Position numbers and translations under genes: made by a program
Notes under the pieces: generated by a model
What the model was told of the DNA's origin: nothing
The model's database searches: none
Seen by the model: only the letters and a program-made list of their open reading frames with translations
Sequence record: MG450654.1
Strand: one strand, 5' to 3'
Length of the DNA: 32,000 bases
Source: Synechococcus phage S-CBWM1
Shown here: positions 1 through 8,972 of the stretch, piece after piece
How positions within the stretch are numbered: position 1 is the stretch's first letter
Layout of the letters: every line of letters begins with the position of its first letter

Positions 1-1185
1 ATGAATCAGGAAATTCAGACAAAGAGGTTAATCCCTCGTAGGTCAACCCTATCAAAGGCTTATCTCGAGGCGAACAATCTCCTGCCTGGGGAGACTGAGT
101 GGAGGGAAGGCGGGAGACCGATTTATGAAAGGCTCCCATCAGCCTCAGAGTCTTACAGAAAGGACTTCTTTGAGGACGGGTCACAAGGGTACGTGTTCAT
201 TGGCCAAAGGGTTGGTTCCACAGGGCCAGGATCTCTGAACGTCATTGTCTCTGAGGATCGCCGGGAAATCCTAGTTCATGGGGGAATATCCCTATGGAAA
301 TATGGGAGGGTTGAACACCCACCAACTCTCATCAATCTGGAGAGTGTTGGGATGCAAAGCACGAAATATCTGATTGCCCACCAGATGTCTTATGATTCCA
401 ACCCGAGGGAAATATTCCGGAGTGTGGAAGCGGCGGAAATCAGTGGGATTGACCTGATAGTGAGCTCCAGTACGGATGAAACTATCGGGTGGAGAAATCC
501 TGCATCTAACGCCTTCTCCTACGGCGAAGACCTGGTGTGGAAGAACTATGACTCATTCTTCCAGACGCAGCCAGATTCCTGCTTCTTGTCGTGGGAGCAT
601 CAGCGAGGATTCACAATTCAGAGTGCTAAGGTTGTTTGCCCCCCTGGATTCCAGCCTAACCAGGGAACCCTGGCAGACCTCTACGTTGATGGGGAATTTC
701 TCTCTACTGCAGAGGCGGAGTTTGGGGCCACGGGAGCATTTTACGAATTCTTCCTGGACAATGGGGTCACAGGGAAGGAGTGGAAAGTCATCTGGAACAA
801 TCTGCAGATGGAAGTGCAGAATGTTCTCATGACGGGAGAGTTCCCAACCACATACAGGCCGAAGACAACCAGTATGCGGACAAATTTGGTCGCGTACCCC
901 GCCTACGAATATCCCGAGGAGAATTTCGCCTACTGCCGATTGGCCTACCTTGATGTTGGGGCGGACTACAGGGTAATCGGAGAGCCCCAGGACATTCGCC
1001 ACACTGTCTACCGGGACTATCAACCCGTAGCAGAATGGTTGACTCGCCCATGGGACGAAATGCTGGAGAGAGCCTACATTGAGCACAAGGAGTATGTAAA
1101 TCGTCGCATGTCCCCAACATCTACCATGAGGAAAGAGTACGAGAATCTCGAAGAACTAGGGTTATTCCCCCCTGCAGCCGGGTAA
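1..1185 (+). CDS. hypothetical protein (394 aa)
   Basis: Long ORF from ATG at base 1 to stop; no overlapping plus-strand competitor. The true start could lie upstream of the window. Confidence 0.75.
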   Translation: MNQEIQTKRLIPRRSTLSKAYLEANNLLPGETEWREGGRPIYERLPSASESYRKDFFEDGSQGYVFIGQRVGSTGPGSLNVIVSEDRREILVHGGISLWKYGRVEHPPTLINLESVGMQSTKYLIAHQMSYDSNPREIFRSVEAAEISGIDLIVSSSTDETIGWRNPASNAFSYGEDLVWKNYDSFFQTQPDSCFLSWEHQRGFTIQSAKVVCPPGFQPNQGTLADLYVDGEFLSTAEAEFGATGAFYEFFLDNGVTGKEWKVIWNNLQMEVQNVLMTGEFPTTYRPKTTSMRTNLVAYPAYEYPEENFAYCRLAYLDVGADYRVIGEPQDIRHTVYRDYQPVAEWLTRPWDEMLERAYIEHKEYVNRRMSPTSTMRKEYENLEELGLFPPAAG

Positions 1186-1218
1186 AATACGGTATATCAC
1201 TCCAACAACTAGCCACGA

Positions 1219-1818
1219 ATGGATACTCTGACTAGAGAGGCCTACGCCCTGTCCCAATCCCGCCGCTCTATCGTCGCCCTTTGGGAGAATCTGAACGGAA
1301 ATATCTCTGAATTAACGGACGACTACTGCGATCAGTACGACTACTCCTTCTCCTCGGGGGAAATCAGCCTCTTGTCACAAATCAAGAAGGTTCAGGGGGT
1401 AGATGACATGACCAAAGAAGAGTTCACCGAACTTGTCGACCATCTGTCAAAGGTTGACCCGGAGGACTGGCCTGAGGACTTGGAGAGTATTGAGGAAATT
1501 GTACCTGACCGCGTCTACGAGCCAGTTCCCTCCTATTCCTACTCCGAGGACCCCGAGGACTTCGCTGAAGAAGTCGAAGGTGTGAAGGTGGAGAAAATGC
1601 TTAAGGGTGTCATTTCAACGGTTTACAGGGACGGTGTTGCCAGGGTCGTAGATAGCGAAGGAAAGCCCCCAAGTGAGGCCAACAACTTCCTGATGAACCC
1701 AGACGGAAAATCCTTCAGTGGGGTCTTCATCACGGCTAAGGACGCCAAAGGAAAGCGGAATAAGTACAACTTCGTAATCTCCGAGAAATCTGACGGCAAG
1801 TGGGAGATCAAGTACTGA
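1219..1818 (+). CDS. hypothetical acidic protein
   Basis: 199 aa ORF, ATG start, colinear with neighbours. Confidence 0.75.
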   Translation: MDTLTREAYALSQSRRSIVALWENLNGNISELTDDYCDQYDYSFSSGEISLLSQIKKVQGVDDMTKEEFTELVDHLSKVDPEDWPEDLESIEEIVPDRVYEPVPSYSYSEDPEDFAEEVEGVKVEKMLKGVISTVYRDGVARVVDSEGKPPSEANNFLMNPDGKSFSGVFITAKDAKGKRNKYNFVISEKSDGKWEIKY

Positions 1819-1820
1819 AT

Positions 1821-2102
1821 ATGGAAGAAATGTCGTTCAAAAGAAGCGTCTATGAGGAATTTCTGAATAATCGGGGAATCCGAGGAATCCACTTCATCGT
1901 GGACGAGGCTGGTCGAGAAGAGCACGGGTTTCTGAAGTGGGACCAGGCTCTTCGCTTCCTTGAGGAGCTAGGAGAGAAGGAGGTTGACAACACCTTCACA
2001 GAAGTTATGGCCTCCTATAATCCAGACCAACAAGCCCTCGCCATGGTTCGAAACGCGACCATGGGAAAGAATGTCGCCCTCGCCCTTTTCCCCCTCCCAT
2101 AG
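1821..2102 (+). CDS. hypothetical protein
   Basis: ORF track gives 1800 (GTG); internal ATG at 1821, just after the upstream stop, fits better. Confidence 0.55.
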   Translation: MEEMSFKRSVYEEFLNNRGIRGIHFIVDEAGREEHGFLKWDQALRFLEELGEKEVDNTFTEVMASYNPDQQALAMVRNATMGKNVALALFPLP

Positions 2103-2160
2103 GGTTTACGGTAAGTCCCACCTTGCCAAGATACCTTGGCAATCACGGAGTTTCCGAATA

Positions 2161-2325
2161 ATGTCTGAAGAATCCTCTAAGACTCGTAGCCACCCAAGCT
2201 GGAAAGAAGTTAAGGCCGACCTCCTAAAGGACCCCGAGTTTGCGCAATCTTATGAGGGTATGGAACTCAAGGAGTTGTTGGGGATTCTGGTTCAACTGAA
2301 CGCTAAGAAGGAAGGTTTACATTAG
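2161..2325 (+). CDS. small protein resembling only the N-terminus of HigA/XRE-type antitoxins
   Basis: From ATG 2161: MSEESSKTRSHPSWKEVKADLLKDPEFAQSYEGMELKELLGILVQLNAKKEGLH*. The pattern W..VKA.LL.DPEF...YE resembles antitoxin N-termini; there is no HTH. Confidence 0.4.
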   Translation: MSEESSKTRSHPSWKEVKADLLKDPEFAQSYEGMELKELLGILVQLNAKKEGLH

Positions 2326-2655
2326 GTTGGCTTGGGTAAAATGCCTGGGCAACTATCGGACTTCGGGGGAATTCGGAATGTACTTCACTGCCATCAGTGA
2401 ACCTGACTACAAGGTATGGGACGGAAAGTTCTGGAACAGCTCAATCACTGCCCAGAAGAACTTCCCAACTCGGGCGATGCTGGTTAGAAGTTTGCATGAG
2501 CAGGGGGAATCTCCTGACTCCCGGCTGGTCCGCATCATGGAGGTGGCTCCCTAGGGGACACCAGCGCCACTCCTAGGCGACAGGGATGGGCCTTCTCCCC
2601 TTGTTCGGGGGGGGGGCCTGTTTTGGCACACGCTGTCCCCACAGACAGTCCTGGG

Positions 2656-2715
2656 GAGGGCCGGTTTCCCGCCCTTTACAGAACCGGCTTTAGGCCCTAA
2701 GCTGACTACAGTCAG
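2656..2715 (+). promoter_or_regulatory. promoter cassette A
   Basis: Imperfect hairpin, TTTACA(2675) - 17 nt - TAAGCT(2698), dyad CTGACtacaGTCAG. Confidence 0.65.
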
Positions 2716-3342
2716 ATGAGGCTTATGCAAACCGTCGTTCGAGAATCGTTCATGAAACGGTACTGCCCCAATCCCGCTGGGATGTACGACCTTGGGGAAC
2801 TCCACGCAGAGTTCAATGCGAAATACTTCAATGGGGAAATTCCCCCTCTGAGGAAAACCGTCCGCGTTGACGAAAACGGGGAAGAGTGGGAGTCATATCC
2901 GAAACAACTTGCGTGGAACAAGCGATTCACCCGGACTTGGGGTCGTTACAGTCACAATGGAGTCCCTGGTAGGGGGTTTATTGAGATCTCTTACAAGATC
3001 GCCACCGACCCGGACAAAGTTCGTGGAACTCTGATTCACGAGATGGTACACCAATACGTTGATCTAACTAATGGGTTCGATGGGATTGAGGGCCACGGTG
3101 AGAATTTCATCCGTGTCGCGGTTGAGGTGAACAAGAAGCTGAAGGAGGAAGGTCGGACTTTCCGAGTGGAGTTTAACAACACTCCTGAGGAAGGTGTCGG
3201 TGAAATCACAAAACTGGATCCTCATTTCCACTCTGAGCTCATTGGGGTTCCCCTTAGTGCCAGGAAGGATCTGGACATCGCCCGGAAGATGCGAGCGGCA
3301 ATCCGAATGGCCTTCGATTCCAACTACACCTACGTACAATGA
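2716..3342 (+). CDS. SprT-like zinc metallopeptidase
   Basis: HEMVHQYVDL...GHGENF motif with an upstream YFNGEIPP element, typical of SprT-like proteins. Start could be 2716, 2725 or 2752. Confidence 0.8.
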   Translation: MRLMQTVVRESFMKRYCPNPAGMYDLGELHAEFNAKYFNGEIPPLRKTVRVDENGEEWESYPKQLAWNKRFTRTWGRYSHNGVPGRGFIEISYKIATDPDKVRGTLIHEMVHQYVDLTNGFDGIEGHGENFIRVAVEVNKKLKEEGRTFRVEFNNTPEEGVGEITKLDPHFHSELIGVPLSARKDLDIARKMRAAIRMAFDSNYTYVQ

Positions 3343-3680
3343 AGATCCTTTGTCAACCCAAGCCGGCAGAACCCCTGTCGGCTTTTCTTTTCTCTGGAGC
3401 TATCAGAGAATCCGACGTATATGAGTTTGAGGAATGGCTTAGCAAGATAGATCTTGGGGGAGGAAAATGGAATGGTCTTTCCACATACGTGGAACCTTAC
3501 CTGGAAGTTGGGGAACCTTACCTTCGCCTGGTAGCCTCGTGTTACTGGGGTGTGCTGACAGTGACACGGATCTTCTGGGTCTACCCCGACACTGTAATCG
3601 TCCAGGATAGCGGAGACCCAGAATTCCCGATTAAAGATTATCGGAAAGGCTTCTTTGAAAAGCGGTTTTACCGCGTTTAA
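3339..3680 (+). CDS. hypothetical protein
   Basis: ATG overlaps the previous TGA; 113 aa. A terminator-like hairpin lies inside the first 45 nt. Confidence 0.5.
   Translation: MKILCQPKPAEPLSAFLFSGAIRESDVYEFEEWLSKIDLGGGKWNGLSTYVEPYLEVGEPYLRLVASCYWGVLTVTRIFWVYPDTVIVQDSGDPEFPIKDYRKGFFEKRFYRV
3361..3391 (+). terminator. possible intrinsic terminator/attenuator
   Basis: AGCCGGCAG-aaccc-CTGTCGGCT followed by TTTCTTTTC. Confidence 0.45.
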
Positions 3681-3728
3681 GGGTGGGTACAATACCCTTA
3701 GCAGAACAACAACCATCTATCACCAATT

Positions 3729-5165
3729 ATGACAGCGACATTAACCCGCACTCCTGAAAAGGTGGAGTGCTCAAAGGATTGCTCGATTTCTGAAAAGATC
3801 ACTTGCGACCTCAACTCCCGCGACGTAGAGGAGATTCACTTCAACTCCCTGCATGAAATCAATGACAAGGAACTTCTGGGGTACTACGCTGACGACACAT
3901 TCTATGATCGCCTAATCACTTCAGACTGCGACGTGTTCGTAGAAGGGGAGAAGGTACTGAGTTTTAGGAAGAAGCTCTTCCCACTGCTCAAGGACAAGGA
4001 CCAGAGTGCTTGGCAGTACTTCCGCTGGGCCGCAAAGGACATGTACTCTGACAGCCGGGGAGTGGTAGCCGGCAAGGAGCCAAACACGGACCTGGATGTC
4101 CGGGTTTCCACTGGTGTCCTGAATTTTTTCAAGGCAGCGATGGCTGGAAAGGTGAGCACGTCAGAGGACGCATTGGGAATTGTTTCCCGATCCCCAGACG
4201 CCTCAAAGTTTCATGCGAGAGTTGGGAATGTGAAGACGGATTTTCCAACCATTAAGGACTCTCTTGAACCAATCGAGAAGGAACTGCGCAGCAAGAAGTT
4301 CTCGGTCTGGGAACGGGAGGAGAAGAAGAAAGATCGGGGGGCAATTCTCCAGGAGTGGTTCCCAACCTGGCTTAAAGATGTTTGGGAACCTGCTACGGAC
4401 AAGGTGAAGGTTTCCAAGGTTGCCTTTGACAGGTACATCAGTAAGCAAATCCGCGCCAACAAGTGCTACAGTAATATTCTTGGGGCTATGGATCGCAGCG
4501 CCCGTGTACCATACTGCCGCCTAACAATGTCAACGCAAAAGGACCCAGTATCCTTTCAGTCGTTCAAGAGTGTTTACCAGGCAGCTTGTGTGGCCCTCCG
4601 GCTCACAATCCCCCAACGCTGGGAAGCCCTGTACCGCCGGTTCAGCGAGGTCGCAGAGCCAACCTACAACTTGTTTGGAACGTGCTTCACAACCCTCACA
4701 ATGAACTGGAACTTCCGGACTGCGTTCCACCGGGATGCCAACAACTGTGAAGGGGGGATCGCCGTCTTGACAGCCATGACGCAAGGGGAATACGATGGCC
4801 ATTACTTGGTGTTCCCACAAATCCGGCTAGCCTTTGATCTTAGGGACGGGGACTTTCTCGCCGGGGATAACCAAAATCTCCTACATGCCAATACCGCAAT
4901 GATCCCGAAAACCCCCGACGCAGAACGTGTTTCCTTCGTATTCTACTCTCGTGAGAGAATGACAATCATGGAAGACATCGGCTGCGAGACCTGCCGAAAG
5001 GACTTCATGGTGTATGCCAAGGATAATCTCTCCTCTACCCATGGAACGGGGCACGCGGGGTGGAACGGAATCTGGGAAAACATGTGGATCAGCCCAGAGT
5101 GGCAAGAGTTCAAGGCTAACAAGGGTCTCGAAAGGTGCGGGAATACGAACTGGCACGGGAAGTGA
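3729..5165 (+). CDS. TET/JBP-like 2-oxoglutarate/Fe(II)-dependent dioxygenase (predicted DNA base hydroxylase)
   Basis: C-terminal half: FTTLTMNWNFRTAFHRDANNCEGGIAVLTAMTQGEYDGHYLVFPQIRLAFDLRDGDFLAGDNQNLLHAN...ERVSFVFYSRERM. HxD, distal H and R pattern as in phage TET/JBP proteins. Confidence 0.75.
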   Translation: MTATLTRTPEKVECSKDCSISEKITCDLNSRDVEEIHFNSLHEINDKELLGYYADDTFYDRLITSDCDVFVEGEKVLSFRKKLFPLLKDKDQSAWQYFRWAAKDMYSDSRGVVAGKEPNTDLDVRVSTGVLNFFKAAMAGKVSTSEDALGIVSRSPDASKFHARVGNVKTDFPTIKDSLEPIEKELRSKKFSVWEREEKKKDRGAILQEWFPTWLKDVWEPATDKVKVSKVAFDRYISKQIRANKCYSNILGAMDRSARVPYCRLTMSTQKDPVSFQSFKSVYQAACVALRLTIPQRWEALYRRFSEVAEPTYNLFGTCFTTLTMNWNFRTAFHRDANNCEGGIAVLTAMTQGEYDGHYLVFPQIRLAFDLRDGDFLAGDNQNLLHANTAMIPKTPDAERVSFVFYSRERMTIMEDIGCETCRKDFMVYAKDNLSSTHGTGHAGWNGIWENMWISPEWQEFKANKGLERCGNTNWHGK

Positions 5166-5206
5166 GGTCACTCCAAGGCTAGGCAAGGTAAACACAGACA
5201 ACAATC

Positions 5207-6061
5207 ATGAAAAACTATCAAATTGCTATTCCAACCTACGGTCGCCCTGAAGGGGTAAAGAAGCACACACTCTCCTACTTGGAGAGAACAGATGTCCCCA
5301 AGGACAGGATCTTTCTATTCGTTGCCAACGAGGAAGAACAGGAGAAATACGCCGAGGTCAATCAAGCCTACGCTGACCGGATCGTTGTCGGAGTTAAGGG
5401 ACTTTGTCCCCAACGCCAATTCATCTCGGACTATTTCCCGAAAGGTACTCCGGTCTTGTCAATGGACGACGACGTTTCCGCAGTCCGCTGCCTCAGGTTG
5501 GGTGAGCCACTCAAAGGAACGCAGAAACCTTTGAAACACCCTTGCTCCCTGGCAGAGGTGACGAATCTCTCATACCTGATAGATCTCGGATACTCTCTGA
5601 CGGAGAACGCAGGGTTGCGAATGTGGGGGGTCTATCAAGTTGACAACAAGGGGTTCCTCCATCCAAAGATCACAACGGGCTTGAAATTCGTCATGGGGCA
5701 CTTCGTCGCCTTTTACGCTGGTGACCCTGTCTTCGATGAAATCGCCTCCTTTCCAATGAAGGACGATTTCTTCTGGAGTCTGAGGCATTACCAAGAACAC
5801 GGTGGGACTCTCCGCTTCGACAACATCGCTGTGAAGGCGAAGCAGCACTCTGGTGCTGGGGGAACTTGTGAGGATATGGAGAAGAAGCTGGAGATTAACA
5901 ATTCCACGGTGGACCTAATCTGTGAAGAATTCTCAGAACTCGCATCCCCAAAAATGAGAAAGACACAGGATCCCTGGCTCTCACGTTACAAGGAGCTTCG
6001 CCTGAAGACGATTACGACGTCCACACAGCCAGCCCACGAATTGGAGGATTTGCTCCCTTGA
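5207..6061 (+). CDS. TET-associated-type glycosyltransferase (GT-A fold, TAGT-like)
   Basis: YQIAIPTYGRPEGVKKHTLSYLE...GVKGLCPQRQFISDYFPKGTPVLSMDDDVSA; GT-A DDD motif; immediately downstream of the TET/JBP-like gene. Confidence 0.7.
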   Translation: MKNYQIAIPTYGRPEGVKKHTLSYLERTDVPKDRIFLFVANEEEQEKYAEVNQAYADRIVVGVKGLCPQRQFISDYFPKGTPVLSMDDDVSAVRCLRLGEPLKGTQKPLKHPCSLAEVTNLSYLIDLGYSLTENAGLRMWGVYQVDNKGFLHPKITTGLKFVMGHFVAFYAGDPVFDEIASFPMKDDFFWSLRHYQEHGGTLRFDNIAVKAKQHSGAGGTCEDMEKKLEINNSTVDLICEEFSELASPKMRKTQDPWLSRYKELRLKTITTSTQPAHELEDLLP

Positions 6062-6408
6062 ATGACCCAACAAGAACAATCGTATTTGACGTCGATGACA
6101 CCCTTACCTTGGGGAAGGCGGACCCAAGGGGGACAGAACAGGCTAACGTAGAGGTCGCCCATGAGGTCCGCCGCCTATATAAAGAAGGCTGGCGGATTGT
6201 CCTTCACACAGCCAGGGGATGGGCTCGCCCAGGTGGAGTAGCAGCTAATGCAGAAGACGTAGAGGAGGAAATCGAAATCTTCTGCTCGCGGAATAACATC
6301 CCGTACCATGAACTGGTACTTGGTAAGCCAGCTGCCAGGTACTACGTTGATGACAGGGGAATGGACTGGCGAGAATTCCTGGTCAAAACTCACACTGGAG
6401 AACTCTGA
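6058..6408 (+). CDS. HAD-like phosphatase (capsule-biosynthesis type)
   Basis: TIVFDVDDTLTLG, HTARG, ARYYVDDRGMDW motifs; TTG start overlapping the upstream stop. Confidence 0.75.
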   Translation: MNDPTRTIVFDVDDTLTLGKADPRGTEQANVEVAHEVRRLYKEGWRIVLHTARGWARPGGVAANAEDVEEEIEIFCSRNNIPYHELVLGKPAARYYVDDRGMDWREFLVKTHTGEL

Positions 6409-7139
6409 TGAAATTCATGATTCTAGCGGCGGGACGAAGTTCTCGCTATGGGGGAAACAAACTCCTTGAAGTTTTCAATGGGAAAACGCTCCCTCAATAT
6501 GCCGCTGAATTCGCCGCTCACCTTAACGCTGAGGAAATTTTCCTCACGGTTTCTAGGGATGGCGTGCAGACAGATGGGACAAGAGTTTTTCATCCTGTCG
6601 TAGACAATGTGAGCCGCATCACCAACTCTAAGGGGATTCCGCTTCGGGTGACCTTCCAGGACCCCGAGTCTTACGGCCCAGGGGGGGCGATTATGGCTTG
6701 GGACGGAGTTGTTGAAGGGCCATTCGTAGTTCTGTTTGGTGATAACCTGTATCTCCCGACCCTTGATGTGAAGGAGCGTATATCTGGACTGGAGAGTTGG
6801 CTCCAATCTCCGGAAGGGGTGGCATTCACTTACAAGGAGATTCCTGAACCGCACCCTCGCAATCTACAATTGGCCGCAGTCCTAGACAGGGAAATTCTTC
6901 TGGAGAAGCCGCACTCAATTGTGAGTGGGGAATACTTTTGTGGGTTCGTTGCTTTCCCATCGAACTTCTTCACAAATGTTGGGAAGATCAGAAAGAGCGA
7001 CAGGGGCGAGATTGAACTCACTGACATGGTGAATTCCTATGGAGCAAGGCTCGGTATTCCATTGAGCGAGTATTGTAGGAATTGGGCTGACCTCACATAC
7101 GAGGGAGACTATGGAAAAATCTTGTCGTTAGTAGAATGA
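6408..7139 (+). CDS. nucleotidyltransferase (NDP-sugar pyrophosphorylase / LicC-like)
   Basis: N-terminal MKFMILAAGRSSRYGGNK (AAGxxxR...K signature), FVVLFGDNLY; overlaps upstream stop. Confidence 0.8.
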   Translation: MKFMILAAGRSSRYGGNKLLEVFNGKTLPQYAAEFAAHLNAEEIFLTVSRDGVQTDGTRVFHPVVDNVSRITNSKGIPLRVTFQDPESYGPGGAIMAWDGVVEGPFVVLFGDNLYLPTLDVKERISGLESWLQSPEGVAFTYKEIPEPHPRNLQLAAVLDREILLEKPHSIVSGEYFCGFVAFPSNFFTNVGKIRKSDRGEIELTDMVNSYGARLGIPLSEYCRNWADLTYEGDYGKILSLVE

Positions 7140-7921
7140 AGGGTTCTTCAGGAGCTGTCTTGCAGTACAAAGGGGGGTGGATTCGGAAATCTTGCCCCGA
7201 CGCCTCGCAGCAGCTAGACTGGTTCCGTCGGGTTCAAGAATTCCCGGCAGTGTATCTGATCAGGGGGGTCGGCGTCCCGGCTGTGCGCGGCATTTCTGAG
7301 GATACCTATGAGATAGAACGGGTCAGAGGGAGTCTTGGAACTTCCTCCCAATCCGCAGAGATCCTTGACAGACTCCTCTCCCTCTCCCTCTCCTGGAGAT
7401 GGGTGGAGGCGACTTCCAGTTCCTCTCTGGACTCCTACCTGGAACGGATTGAGAGAGAGCATGTCAGGATCCTTGGTCCTGGGGAAAGTCCCACAGTGAT
7501 TCAAGCTATGCGCGTACTGGAGAGGGACTGTAATCCCAAGCTATTCCCAAGATCCTTCTGCCACGGAGACCTGACCCTAGAGAACATCTTAATTGACAAG
7601 GAGGGGAAGATTTTCCTAATTGACCCCAATGCCAAGGAGGGGCTATTCCAGTCCTATATCTTAGATCTTGGGAAGATCCTGCAGTCGATCAACTCGAACT
7701 ACCACAGGGAATTTAATTCCTGTCCCGGACCAGACCAGACATGGATGTGCAGGGCATTCCTGGAGAACCTGTGGCTTCTTGACCTGATGAGGGGAGCACT
7801 GCTGGCAGAGATTTCTCATCTTGTCAGATTGCGGAAGTACCGCCCGATTGAACAGCGGGGGAAAGTAGACTCCTTGATCTCTAGGAGGACGTCGGAATAC
7901 CTGATGATTTACCGGAACTGA
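7136..7921 (+). CDS. APH/choline-kinase-like phosphotransferase
   Basis: SFCHGDLTLENILIDKEGKIFLIDPN (HGDxxxxN...D) kinase motifs; start/stop overlap with upstream gene. Confidence 0.75.
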   Translation: MKGSSGAVLQYKGGWIRKSCPDASQQLDWFRRVQEFPAVYLIRGVGVPAVRGISEDTYEIERVRGSLGTSSQSAEILDRLLSLSLSWRWVEATSSSSLDSYLERIEREHVRILGPGESPTVIQAMRVLERDCNPKLFPRSFCHGDLTLENILIDKEGKIFLIDPNAKEGLFQSYILDLGKILQSINSNYHREFNSCPGPDQTWMCRAFLENLWLLDLMRGALLAEISHLVRLRKYRPIEQRGKVDSLISRRTSEYLMIYRN

Positions 7922-7956
7922 GCTCAGCTAAGTTAAATGCAGCCAACAGCCACCCT

Positions 7957-8238
7957 ATGAAAAGCAGAAAAGTTTTAACGACCGAAACCTTAACCAGGGA
8001 GGTGTACGAAGATGATAATGGCTTCATGTTTGCCACAGTGGACACCTTCCGAAATCCTGACTCCGTAACACCGGAGAGGACCGAGGTGATTCCGGCAAAA
8101 TCCTCCTACGGCCCGACAAAGATTTTTGATAGTGTCATGGAGTCCCGGATCTATCTTGAGAATCTGTACCGGACCTCTAACTCCAGGACTGATGAGAGGA
8201 GTTTCTTTGGCAAAATCGCTGATTTCCTGTTCCGATGA
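7957..8238 (+). CDS. hypothetical protein
   Basis: 93 aa ORF; stop overlaps the next start. Confidence 0.6.
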   Translation: MKSRKVLTTETLTREVYEDDNGFMFATVDTFRNPDSVTPERTEVIPAKSSYGPTKIFDSVMESRIYLENLYRTSNSRTDERSFFGKIADFLFR

Positions 8239-8447
8239 TTGAGACCCCACTCACGATAAATGATCTGGCTTGTGCCGCGCAGTCCATTCAGGCGCGGCTC
8301 CGAGCCAACGGGTACGAGGAAAGAGACCCCGAGAAACTGAATGACCAGCTCTTGAGCCTGTATCTGGACATGTCCGACGGTGTTGAGGTGGATCAGATTG
8401 TGAGTCTTTGGTGGAGGATCGAGAAGAACTTCGGTCGGGTATCCTAA
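8235..8447 (+). CDS. hypothetical protein
   Basis: ATG start overlapping upstream TGA; 70 aa. Confidence 0.55.
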   Translation: MIETPLTINDLACAAQSIQARLRANGYEERDPEKLNDQLLSLYLDMSDGVEVDQIVSLWWRIEKNFGRVS

Positions 8448-8493
8448 CTGGCTCGGGGGGGTAAAACTAAGCAATTGAGAATCGCCTACCGTT

Positions 8494-8889
8494 ATGGCAG
8501 CCCCCAATATAGCAGCAGCGTCTTCTATTTACCTTAAGACCAAGATTGTTAGGCTCAGCGACAATAATGTCGAATTAACCCTTCTTAACAACTCTGCGAA
8601 TAGCGGGAAGGTGATCAAGCTGAACACATTAAAGATAAACCACACCGATTCTAGCACCTCCTATTTGGATTTTCTCTACTTTTACGACGTCTCTGAGAGT
8701 AGTAATGGCCGAACCTTGTGGCCTGGGAGGACTTCTACTTTGACATTTGCGGCTTACAGTGAGGTAACAGTTCTGTCAAGAGACAACCCACTTTATCTCG
8801 AAGAGGGGGACTACATCACTACTCAAGTGCCTTTCAATTCCATCCCATCAGATTTCACCATCACCATAGTATACGAAGAAATTTCATAA
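8494..8889 (+). CDS. small beta-rich protein, possibly virion decoration protein
   Basis: 131 aa, alternating beta-type composition; preceded by a GGGTAAAA motif. Structural role is a guess. Confidence 0.6.
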   Translation: MAAPNIAAASSIYLKTKIVRLSDNNVELTLLNNSANSGKVIKLNTLKINHTDSSTSYLDFLYFYDVSESSNGRTLWPGRTSTLTFAAYSEVTVLSRDNPLYLEEGDYITTQVPFNSIPSDFTITIVYEEIS

Positions 8890-8905
8890 TCAGCAGGTTT
8901 TGATA

Positions 8906-8950
8906 GGGGGGGAAACCGCCCTTTACCGCAGGGGCAGCTGGAGGTATAAT
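8906..8950 (+). promoter_or_regulatory. promoter cassette B
   Basis: GGGGGAAACCGCCC, TTTACC(8922) - 17 - TATAAT(8945). Confidence 0.7.
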
Positions 8951-8972
8951 GGGGTTTCACCGGGAGGCGGGA

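Noticed and set aside
553-1120. Minus-strand ORFs opposite gene 1 and many other antisense ORFs (e.g. 7214-7504, 16098-16976, 26720-27454)
   Set aside because: They lie opposite stronger plus-strand genes with recognisable motifs or tight overlaps; every supported gene is on plus.
3658-3702. Eleventh promoter cassette (GCGGTTTTACCGC ... TACAAT) before the TET/JBP-like gene
   Set aside because: Hairpin and -10-like box are present but TTTACC to TACAAT is only 15 nt and there is no dyad; kept as a weak possibility only.
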